Of a DNA stretch of 64,000 nt, positions 1 to 10,300 are shown one piece after another. The stretch's first letter is position 1; the number at the start of each line of letters is the position of its first letter. A program made the translations under genes and the position numbers. This DNA is from Verrucomicrobiota bacterium. GTDB lineage: Bacteria; Verrucomicrobiota; Kiritimatiellia; UBA8416; JABMPJ01. The notes under the pieces were generated by a model, which ran no database searches, was not told the origin of the DNA, and saw nothing but the letters and a program-made list of their open reading frames with translations. The stretch covers positions 49,433 to 113,432 of the forward strand of contig JABGQM010000005.1 of NCBI GenBank assembly GCA_018648805.1, read 5' to 3'.

Positions 1-1
1 T

Positions 2-2947
2 CTTAAGGGAGACTTTGATGGTACGCTGGACGCCGATGATGCTGCTACGCAGTATCCGCAGGGCCATGGTGACGCTTACGGTCACTATCTATCAGCGTTA
101 AAGGGCTACTACGGTTACCTGCACCAGACCAATTTCAGTTGGTATCCGCAGGTCGAGGGCATCGTCGTGGGCGACTCCACCGAAGTAACCATTTCCTTCC
201 TTCACGAGAAGAAGTTTGTGACGGCCGCCGCTGCCCGTGCCCGCGCAGGTTCGGCTGTCATCAATCGAACCTGGCGCGACACCTACGCTGAGGACAATGG
301 ATGGCAGGCGGCGCGGGACAGCAATACGAACCGGGCATGGGGCGTGGGTGAATGGGGCTGCCGCGTGGGCATGGGGGCCTATTTCGATTGGCTGACGGCC
401 AATTCGCTTTTGCCGACCAGCGATCCCGACCCGGCTCACGAAGGCATTCGACTGATTGATCGGGTAAATACCCCGGAGCTGGCGGAGTTGGCCAACCAGG
501 GACATCGTGTTCAGCAACAGGTTGACTTTGCTGATACGTCCATGAATCCATTGGGCATTACATCCGATGCGGTACCTTTTGACATCAGCAGCTACGGCAT
601 TGATGACGGCCAGACTCATTTCGAACAGATGTATGATCGTGCCCTGGCCGCGCTGCATAACGCCCTGGGTATCCACAATCGGATCAAAAGCTGTGCGCAG
701 GCTATTCGTGATCAGAATGAGTCCGCGGATCTTGATGTGAAGATTCTGAGTGATGAGGCCCAGATGAACCGGGAGCTGATTGGGATTTACGGGTATCCGT
801 ATGAAGATGATATTGGCCCCGGAAAGATCTATCCACAGGGCTACAGTGGGCCGGACCTGCTGCACTATCTTTATGTGGATACCTGGCCTCTGGATCCGAG
901 CATCATTACCGATACACGTAACGTGCAGATGGAGCTCACCACGTACGACTACGCCTGGGAAACGGAAGATATTACGTTGGCCGCACCCATCTTCTGGGGA
1001 GGGGATGACCAGGACTATGAGATTACCTCTGTGGATTATCAGAGCACGGCGACACACACGGTTGACCTGAACATTGCGGGCAATGGCATTCCCGTCAAGC
1101 CGTCCAGTTACGGGGGCCAGCGTCGTGCCGAGGGGACGATTCAGGTCGCCTTGAGCGAATACTTGACTGCTATGGCGGATGTTTCCTCGGCGTTTGGCGA
1201 TGCTCAGTGGGCGGCCGACGAAGTACAGCGCGAGGCCGATGTGTGGTTGGCGACATACGAGAACCTCACGAATTCAATCTCGTACCGGATGGATACGGCC
1301 GACGATATCCGTCTGATGCAGGGATTCATCTCAGCCCTCGAGATCGCGCAGCTCTTCGGTAACTGGCTGAAGGATTCCATTAGTAAGGTTGATGCGGCTA
1401 TCATTGAGGGCATTCCGAAGGTGCTGGGGCTTGCGAGTGATGCGCTCGCGCCTACACGCGGTGCGCTCAAGATGTCGGCCAAGGCGATTGAGATTACGCA
1501 TGGGCTGACCACCGTCATCGGAGGGGCAGGCATTATCGGGCTGAAAGCCGGCATTGAGGACGAGAAGGTACGCTTGGAGCGTGACCTCGCCGCCTTGGAT
1601 CTGACCCGTGAGGCCACCGAGGCGGGGTACCGTATTCTCAGCCTGCTGCAGGAGCAGAATAACTGGTTGAGCACGGTGCAGGCGCAACTCCAGAAACTGG
1701 AATCGGCAAGAATGCGACTTAGTGCGGCAATCAATCAGGGCGATCTTCTGCTCATGAAACGTGAAACGGCACGCATGATCTGGGCGAGCGAATTGAACAC
1801 CAGCCGCTATCGCAACATGGCGTACCGCGTCTTCCGCAATGATGAACTGGCTCGCTATGACGAAGCATTCGACATGGCTGCCCGCTACGTTTACCTCGCG
1901 GCCAAAGCCTATGACTATGAGACAGGTTTACTGGAGGGTGGTGCCGAGCAAGAGGCCGGCCGCACGTTCATGCGCCAGATTGTCAAGGCCCGGACCTTGG
2001 GCCGTTTCACGGACTGGACCAACCCGAGTGATGGCGACCCGCTGACCGGTGGCCCGGTCGGTGAGCCCGGACTCGCGGATGCCATGGCACGGATGAAAGC
2101 CAACTGGAGCGTTCTCAAAGGCCGGCTGAACTTCAACAATCCACAGGAGGAAACGGGGCTGTTCTCTCTGCGCAGAGAGCTATTCAGGCTGTCGCCGGAG
2201 GCCTCCAGCGATGAGAGCTGGCAGGCCACATTGGCCGCACACAAGGTGTCCAATATTCGGGATATTCCAGAATTCAGGCGTTATTGTCTTCCGTTCGACC
2301 CTATCAAGGACGTAGAGCCGGGCATTGTTATTCCATTCTCGACAACGATCGATTTTGGAAAGAACTTCTTTGGCCGTCCGCTGGCCGCCGGCGACAATGC
2401 GTACGACTCGACGCATTTTGCCACGAAGATTCGGTCTGTAGGGGTGTGGTTTAGTAACTATACCAACGCCTTTGAGTATGGGTTGGCCAATCAGCCGCGA
2501 ATCTACCTGGTACCCGCCGGTGCCGATTCGATGCGTGTTACGTTCGGCGAATCGAGTCGCATCCGACAGTGGCAGGTCGTCGACCAAGCGCTGCCCCTTC
2601 CGTACCCGATTTCGGATGAGCAGTGGCAGGACCCTAACTGGAGTATGTTGGCCGACACACTTGGCAATGAACTCTACAACACGCGCCGACTGCCCGCGAT
2701 GCGCGCCTATCACGACGGTGGTGATGATCCCCTGGTTGAGGTGATGTGGAATTCCCGCTTGATCGGGCGTTCGGTCTGGAACTCCCGCTGGGTCCTGATC
2801 ATTCCGGGCGGCACGCTGTTGACCGACGCCAATGAAGGCCTGGCGCGGTTTATCTACGGTCGACCGACGCCTGCCGGCACACGCGATGGAGAGGGCGTCA
2901 AAGATATTAAGTTCTATTTCCATACGTACTCATATTCGGGTAACTGA
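2..2947 (+). CDS. Large hypothetical protein, 5'-truncated at the window edge
   Basis: ORF track 167..2947. The same frame read from position 2 (LKGDFDGTLDADDAATQYPQGHGDAYGHY...) has no stop, so the gene continues upstream of the window. No recognisable catalytic motif. GC-rich codon usage is consistent with real coding. Confidence 0.5.
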   Translation, partial: LKGDFDGTLDADDAATQYPQGHGDAYGHYLSALKGYYGYLHQTNFSWYPQVEGIVVGDSTEVTISFLHEKKFVTAAAARARAGSAVINRTWRDTYAEDNGWQAARDSNTNRAWGVGEWGCRVGMGAYFDWLTANSLLPTSDPDPAHEGIRLIDRVNTPELAELANQGHRVQQQVDFADTSMNPLGITSDAVPFDISSYGIDDGQTHFEQMYDRALAALHNALGIHNRIKSCAQAIRDQNESADLDVKILSDEAQMNRELIGIYGYPYEDDIGPGKIYPQGYSGPDLLHYLYVDTWPLDPSIITDTRNVQMELTTYDYAWETEDITLAAPIFWGGDDQDYEITSVDYQSTATHTVDLNIAGNGIPVKPSSYGGQRRAEGTIQVALSEYLTAMADVSSAFGDAQWAADEVQREADVWLATYENLTNSISYRMDTADDIRLMQGFISALEIAQLFGNWLKDSISKVDAAIIEGIPKVLGLASDALAPTRGALKMSAKAIEITHGLTTVIGGAGIIGLKAGIEDEKVRLERDLAALDLTREATEAGYRILSLLQEQNNWLSTVQAQLQKLESARMRLSAAINQGDLLLMKRETARMIWASELNTSRYRNMAYRVFRNDELARYDEAFDMAARYVYLAAKAYDYETGLLEGGAEQEAGRTFMRQIVKARTLGRFTDWTNPSDGDPLTGGPVGEPGLADAMARMKANWSVLKGRLNFNNPQEETGLFSLRRELFRLSPEASSDESWQATLAAHKVSNIRDIPEFRRYCLPFDPIKDVEPGIVIPFSTTIDFGKNFFGRPLAAGDNAYDSTHFATKIRSVGVWFSNYTNAFEYGLANQPRIYLVPAGADSMRVTFGESSRIRQWQVVDQALPLPYPISDEQWQDPNWSMLADTLGNELYNTRRLPAMRAYHDGGDDPLVEVMWNSRLIGRSVWNSRWVLIIPGGTLLTDANEGLARFIYGRPTPAGTRDGEGVKDIKFYFHTYSYSGN

Positions 2948-2987
2948 CCGAAGTCCACGGGAGCAACACAGAGGAGTGTTGAATACA

Positions 2988-3818
2988 ATGAAGCATATCG
3001 TCATCGCTGTCATCGCCACACTGTGTGCCGGTCTGTCTGTACGGGCTGGTACGCCGCAGCCCTGTGCGGTAGTCCATGGACTTCTTAAGGACGCCTATGG
3101 ATTCCCCTATGCTGAAGCCTGTACGTTGTCACTGCGCAAGAGTGGTGCGGAGTGTGATCGCTACGAGATCAGTGGTATTCTGGATGGAGGCGGGAATTAC
3201 AGGGTTGAACTCGACATGGATAGCGGAGGTACGCCGTATGCCCCCTATGCCGTCCACCCGGGGGATAAGATAGAGATTGCCGTCTCGGCGGGCGGTGTCA
3301 GCCAGCCGCTCATGCCCACCAACACGTTGTCCGTCGGTGCGGCCGGGTCGTTAACGCGCATGGATTTGTGTACCGGTACGGACCTGGATCATGACGGCCT
3401 GCCTGACGAGTGGGAGCAGCAGCTCGTGGCGCAGTCGGGTGGGGCACTCGCGGGCATTCAAGATGTCAATCCGGGTGATGACTTTGATGGTGATGGCCTC
3501 ACGAACCTGGAGGAGTTTCACTCCGGAACCTTTGCCTTTCTGTCGACTGACCTCTTCAAGATCGACAGGCTGGAGTCGATCTCGGCTAACCGTATGCGGC
3601 TTCGTTTCCTGACAAGTGAGTCTATTACCTATCGGCTGGTTGCCACGCAGAGCCTGTCACCGACATCGTGGGGACAGATCCCTTTTGCGGTGCAGGAAGA
3701 TGGCGCGCCCGGGTATCGGGAGCTTGTAGGGGATGGTGCCTTTCAAGTTATTTATATTGATCTGTCCGACTCGAATATCTTTATTCGGCTGGCGGTAACG
3801 ACGGATCCTCAGCCATGA
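2988..3818 (+). CDS. Secreted protein with calcium-binding DxDxDG motifs (thrombospondin type-3-like)
   Basis: ATG at 2988 is preceded by GAGGAG. N-terminus MKHIVIAVIATLCAGLSVRAG looks like a signal peptide. Motifs DLDHDGLPDEWEQQ and DFDGDGLTNLEEFHSGT are present. The ORF-track start at 2832 is probably too far upstream. Confidence 0.55.
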   Translation: MKHIVIAVIATLCAGLSVRAGTPQPCAVVHGLLKDAYGFPYAEACTLSLRKSGAECDRYEISGILDGGGNYRVELDMDSGGTPYAPYAVHPGDKIEIAVSAGGVSQPLMPTNTLSVGAAGSLTRMDLCTGTDLDHDGLPDEWEQQLVAQSGGALAGIQDVNPGDDFDGDGLTNLEEFHSGTFAFLSTDLFKIDRLESISANRMRLRFLTSESITYRLVATQSLSPTSWGQIPFAVQEDGAPGYRELVGDGAFQVIYIDLSDSNIFIRLAVTTDPQP

Positions 3819-4354
3819 ATGACCTGCCTGTAAAACGCCTGGCGCGAGCGGGCAGCGCGACTCTGAGCTTCCTGCTTCAGAGGATAAGCGTTCGGAGCTG
3901 GGGGCGCCGCCTTACTCCATCTCGAATTGTGGTGCTACTGCTCGGTCTGGTCTGTTGCCTGCCTATGCCGGTCCGTGGCGATATGTGGACCAATGTTGCC
4001 GGTCACGCCGTTGAGCTTGACCTGATCGATCTACAGGGCAACATGGCCACATTTGAACGGCCGGACGGGCAGCCGTTCCGGTTGCCCCTTGCCAGTCTCT
4101 GTGTCACAGACCGTGCGCGGGCCCGTCTGGAGTGGCATCAAGTGGCTATACCCATAGGCCTGCGCCCGGCGTACAATCAGTGCCGCCGCCAACTCAAGCG
4201 TTTGACTCGTCTGCGCCAAGCCAAGCGACTCGCACAGGATGACTATGTGGTCTATCGGCGCGGTTTTGTGGTGCATTTTAAGGCCGCTTGCATGCGCCTC
4301 AAACTCACAGAAGAGAATCGATCGCGCATCATAATGACACTCAGCGGGTATTAG
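3815..4354 (+). CDS. SHD1 (SLA1-homology) domain-containing secreted protein
   Basis: Hydrophobic leader IVVLLLGLVCCLPMPVRG. The segment MWTNVAGHAVELDLIDLQGNMATFERPDGQPFRLPLASLCVTDRARARLEWHQ fits the W-T-D...G...(V/L)...G..(V/I)P...LS..D pattern of SHD1 domains. The start codon overlaps the upstream stop. Confidence 0.45.
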   Translation: MNDLPVKRLARAGSATLSFLLQRISVRSWGRRLTPSRIVVLLLGLVCCLPMPVRGDMWTNVAGHAVELDLIDLQGNMATFERPDGQPFRLPLASLCVTDRARARLEWHQVAIPIGLRPAYNQCRRQLKRLTRLRQAKRLAQDDYVVYRRGFVVHFKAACMRLKLTEENRSRIIMTLSGY

Positions 4355-4370
4355 GCAGGCAGTGATACGT

Positions 4371-7300
4371 ATGACTAGACACATAGTAGCCGGAACTGGA
4401 CTTTTTCTACTTGCCGCTATACTCGGTACCACCGCTGTCGCAGAGCCGCCCGTGGCCGGAAGCGGCACGTTTGTTACCAATGCACACTCTTTGGTCGTGG
4501 ATTCCGGTGGTGCCCGCCGCTTCCTCAATATTGCGATTGGCGACATCAATGCCAGCGGTGCGCTTGACCTCATGGCGCCAAGTTGGAAGGGCTCAAGTGC
4601 GCTCCTTTTTACAAACGATGGCAGCGGTGTGTTTAGCGCCCAAACCGTGGATGTGCCCCTGGCCTCATTGGTCGACGTCGCGTTGAGCGATTTGAATGGC
4701 GACCTCCAGCCGGATGCCCTGTTTGGTTGCGAGACCCAAAGCGTGGTGACCGCCACCAACGATGGCGGTGGGCTGTTGTCCGGATGGCAGGCTGCCTACG
4801 CGGGAGGCGCGGACGATCCGGTACGCCGCGTTGTGACATGCGACTTGGATGGCGGCGGCAGCCAGGATGTCGTGGCGATTACGGAGCTCTCCGGCGAACT
4901 CGTTACACTGCTTAATGACGGGAGTGGTTCATTCAGTCTGGGCCAAACGATCCATTGCAGCGCGCCGCTGTATGATCTCGATGTGGGAGATCTGGACGGT
5001 AATGGGTCGTGTGATGCGGTGGTTGTTGGACCGGCGGGGTACGTCTCTGTTATGACCAACGACGGGTCCGGCACGCTGACGGCTGCCTATACCTATGACG
5101 TCGGTGCTCAGAGCCTCTTTGGTTGCCGGATTGCGGATATGGACACGGACGGGCTAATGGATATCGTGGTGGTTGGTGAAGAGGGACTCGTGGCTATCGG
5201 GCATGGGGCGGGATCAGGCTTTTCGTTTGCGACGATCGAACAAACCGTGATCGCGTCTACAATCTATGGTCTGGCGTTAGGGGACTGCGATGTCAATACC
5301 TATCCGGATATTGTGATCACGGGCTTCGAAAAAGTTGGCGTCCTGCTGAATGGGGATGGTAGCGAGTTTATCGTGAATAGATCCCCGGTCATTCTGTCAG
5401 GGAGGCATCTGCGCGACGTCGAGGTGGGCGACCTCGATGGGAACGGCAGTCTTGATATTGCGGTATGCGGCCTCTGGTCCGGATCACTTCATCTGCTTTG
5501 GAACACCTCCCCTTCGGCGCCGTCAGTCCTGGGCACGAATGGCACTCAGATCAGCAGTGGCGAGGCGGCGGACCTCGCCAAAGGCACAGACTTTGGCTCG
5601 TCGCCGCTTCTATCTCCTGTTACGAATCAATTCACACTGCTCAACCAGGGCGGAGGCGTGTTGGAGATTGTATCGGCTGAGCTCAGCGGCGTATCGACTT
5701 CCGTCATGTGGCTGGTGGATATGCCTGACCAAGTCCAAGCATCTGCGACCTCCCATTTTGGCGTCGTATTCTCGCCAGAGAGTCTGGGTCCTGTGTCGGC
5801 CGTGCTCAGAATCAACAATAATGGCCCCTTGGCAACGGATCCTTATGCTCTCAACCTGGCAGGCACGGGGGTCAAGAGGCCTGTCAGTGTGCTGGAGCTG
5901 AGTTCCACCAACCATGTCTATGACGGAACGGCGCACGAAGTGATTGTGGCTGTAGCGCCTGCGGTTACGACGGACGTATCCTATGTGGGGTATGCGATGC
6001 CTCCTACCAACGCGGGGCAATACACGGTAACAGTGGACGTGCAGGATCCAGTCTATGTTGGCTCGCTGACCGGACTGATGACTGTTGCGCAGCGTCCGTT
6101 GACCGTTAGCTGCGGCGACTACGCGCGTGGCTATGGTGTGACCAATCCGGTGTTTGCGCTCAGCTATACCAACTTCGCTCAGGCCGAAGGTATCAGCGAT
6201 CTGACCGTGGCGCCTCAGGCAACCACGCTGGCCACGCAGGGCTCAGATGTGGGAAGCTATGGAATTACGTTGTCGGGGGGTGTGGCATCGAACTACAGCT
6301 TCGCCTATCAGGGCGGAACGCTGAGCGTAACACAGCTGGTACTGCAGGTTGCGGCGGAGAATAAGAGTCGCTATTTTGGGGTAACAAATCCGCCGCTGAC
6401 CTTGGCGTGGAGTGGTTTTCACACAGGCGAGGGGCCCGATGTTCTCGACCAACGTCCCTCCGTGGCGACCACGGCCACACAGCTCAGCCTGCCCGGAACA
6501 TATCCTATCACCGTTACGGGTGGGTCTGATACGAACTATAGCCTCGTGCGCAGTAACGGCACGTTCCGGATTCTGGCTGCACCGGCATTCATTAGTCTTG
6601 GCGATCTGAATCAGCCATATACGGGCGGTCCCGCCCCCGTTTCGGTTGCGACGGTTCCCACCGGCCTAAGTCATCGCGTGACGTATGACGGCAGTACGAT
6701 CATCCCAACAGTCGCAGGCTCGTATGCGATCTTTGCCGAGATTACCGAGGCGCTCTACGCGGGCGAGGCGAATGGCACCCTGGTGGTATCCCGGGCGCAG
6801 CAAACCATCACATTTTCTTCGATCGCACAACAGGTCGCCACGAACACGACTGCGCTGGCGGCAACAGCCTCCAGTGGTCTTGATACGACGTTTACGCTTG
6901 TTGACGGTCCCGCCAGCCTTTCTGATGGATCAAACATCACATTCAGTGCGAGCGGTACCGTAGCGGTGGCAGCTCATCAAGTGGGCAATAGCAATTGGTT
7001 GGCCGCGGTGTCGGTAACACAGCAGTTCGATGTGGTGCGCGCACCCGTTGCTATTGCAATCGGCCTGACCAATCAACTCTACGATGCGACGGTCAAAACG
7101 GTAACAGTGAGCACGGTCCCGGGTGACCTGCCGTATAGCGTGACCTATGATGGTGCTGCGTTGACACCGACCAATGCCGGGCTGTATGCCGTAAGCGTCA
7201 GCGTGGACGAGCTCCTGCATGCCGGGACCGGTACGGGCTTGTTGACGGTCGCGCAGCGAGAACTTACGGTGTGGGCCGAAGACCAGTCGCGCGCCTATGG

Positions 7301-10300
7301 CGCAACCAATCCTGTGTGGACATTCAGCTACACCAACTTCGCTAGTGGCGAGGACCCGACGGACTTTAGTGTATGGCCCCAGGCCACGACGCCTGCCGTG
7401 ATCACCTCGACGGTGGGGGCCTACTCGATTGTTCCCAGTAATGCGTTCGCCGCCAATTACAGCTTTGCGTACTCGAATGGTACGTTGTCGGTTACACAGG
7501 CCGTACTGCAGGTGGCCGCGGACAATAAGGCGCGCGTCTATGGTGCAGCCAATCCGCCGCTGACATTGAGCTATCGCGGGTGGCGCAACGGCGACACCAC
7601 CCATGACCTCACCGTGATTCCGATGGGTGTTACGACTGCTTCTACTGCAACGTCGGTGGGGCAGTGCCTCATCAGCGTGACCAATGGTGTCGATGAAAAT
7701 TACGCATTCGACTATACCAATGGGCTCCTGACAATCTATGCAGCGACGGCAGTACTATCGATCGGAGAGACTCAACAAGTCTATAATGGTGCCGCCCGCC
7801 TGGTGTCGGTAACGACACAACCGTCGAATCTGAATGTGCGTGTCACTTATGCTGGCCGTGAGACGGCGCCGACCAATGCCGGTAACTATGCCGTTGAGGC
7901 CATCGTTGCTGAGACCAATTACGTTGGAACCAATACGTCCGTACTGACCGTGTCGCGGGCCCCACAGGCCATCACCGCGTTTCTACCGAGCAGCGGGGAC
8001 TACCCCAGCGAGAAGCTGTTGACGCTTGCGGCGGACGGAGCTGCTTCAGGCTTGCCTATCCAGTTTGAAATTGAATCCGGCCCCGGTGTGATGATGGCAA
8101 GTAATGTGGTGCGCTTTACGGCATGCGGGACCGTTCGGGTAACGGCAACGCAACAGGGCGACTCCAACTGGCTTGTTTCTCCGACCCTAACCAATAGCTA
8201 TGTGGTCATTGATACGAATGCCGTACACTACGTGGCTATGAATGGCCAGACCTCTGTGTGGCCCTATGCAAGCTGGGCGACAGCGGCCAGCAATCTGCAG
8301 GATGCCGTCGATATAGCGGCGGATGGTGATCGGGTGCTTGTGAACGACGGACTGTACGACACCGGTGGACGCGCGTTGCCGGGGCATCTGTTGACGAACC
8401 GACTGTGTGTCACGAACACCATTACCGTGCAGTCCGTGAATGGACCGCGCCACACCTTGATCGCAGGACAGGCAGGCACGGGCTCGGAGGCTCCGTTGGG
8501 GCCAGATGCCATGCGCGGCATTTACCTGGCCGATGGTGCCGTGTTGGCGGGCTTTAGCGTAACGAACGGCTGCACCCACGGGGCAGAAAGTGCGTCGGAA
8601 GTCGATCAGTCGGGCGGTGGTATCCTGATGTCGAGTGGCAGTGTGGTCAGCAACTCTCTGATCACCGGCAATGTGAGCCTATACGGCGGAGGGGCCTATG
8701 GCGGCACGCTATTGCGGTGCGAGGTCCTCGGCAACAGGGCGGTGTTCGATGGCGGTGGTGCGCACGGCAGTGTGGCGGCGAACAGCAGTTTTGTGGGCAA
8801 CACGGCCCGTTTTGGTGGTGGGATGTTCCGCGGGGTGTTGAGCCAAAGCACGGTGGTGCGTAACGAGGCGCTGTATGGGAGTGGCGCCTTTGAGTGCGAT
8901 GTGCGAAATACGATCATCTATCACAACCAGGACGAAGACCTCTTTGGCGGGAATGTCGTGAACTCCTGTGCCGGTGATGGTGTGGTGCAAGGCGTGGACG
9001 GCTGTATCACCAACAGCCCCATGCTTGTGGATGTAGCCGCTGGAGATCTGTACCTGCAGCATGAGTCGCCCTGTATCAATGCGGGATCGAATGGCGACGT
9101 TCCCATGACCGGTGGCGTGCCAGTGGCGGACCTGGCCGGCCGTCCGCGCATCATGCATGCGACGGTGGATATGGGCGCACACGAATATGACGGCACGCCG
9201 GACACGCCGGGTATCCTGGCCGCCACACAGATCGAAGCCCATCGCTTCACGGCCAACTGGACGGCACCGGGTGGTACGGTATTGGTGCGAGCTTACACGG
9301 TAGAGGTCACCAATGCTGTTGCGCAGACGTCCATCCCGGTCCTGGATGGTGCTCAGGAGAGTCTAACGGTTACCGGACTGACCGAATCTGTGTTGTATCA
9401 CTATCGTGTTCGCGCAGAGAACGAATACACCGTCGGGGGGTGGTCAGAGTGGACCAACCTGGTGACGCTGTCAGAAGGAGCAATGGCCCTGCCGAGCCGT
9501 TTGGGCTTTGAGGCGACCTACGGAGGTCCCAATCCGGTTGCCTATGTGTTTGCCTTCACCAACTATGGCGAAACGGCATTCGCTTGGTCCAACACGATCG
9601 CCTACAGCACACCGGCTGAAACATGGTTGACGATGAGCCCCTTGCAGGGCAGCGTGATGGCGATGGGAACGGCTCCCGTGACGGCCAGCGTCGATATGGC
9701 TGGGATGGACGCGGGGATTTACAGAGCCACCAACACCTATGTCTCGGCCACGGCGACCCATAGTCCGCAACTGCAGGCGGTCGAGTTCACGATTAGCCGG
9801 GGCGTGGATACGATCACGTTCACCCAGACCAACCACGTCTACGATGGGTCCTCAAAAGCCGTTGCGGCCAGCTCGGCGAGTGGATCACCGGTGAGTGTAA
9901 CCTATGATGGGGCCACTCAACCGCCCACGAATGCAGGGGCCTATGCTGTCGTCGGCGTGGTCGATACGATCAACTGGACCGGCACCAACACGGCCCTGTT
10001 GACCCTCAGCAGTGCTGAACAGTCGATCACGGCATTTCTGTCCCAACCCGGGACCTATGACAATACGAACGTATTAGCGTTGGCGGCCTCGGGTGGCGGT
10101 AGCGGTCAACCCGTGGTATTCAATGTGCTCTCAGGTCCTGCCGTTCTAGAAGGGATCGACCGGCTGCGCTTCACTGGTATTGGCGATGTTCAGGTTACCG
10201 CATCGCAGGCCGGCGACGCCAACTGGTCGGCCGCCCCGGTCCTGACCAACCTCTACACTGTTGTGCCGGTAAGTAACCTGGTGCATTACGTTGCCCAGAA

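Noticed and set aside
98-1057. 319-aa minus-strand ORF antisense to the first gene, and similar long antisense ORFs at 1204..1734 and 2180..2923
   Set aside because: They lie entirely inside a longer, more protein-like sense ORF. High GC suppresses stop codons in all frames. They carry no motifs.
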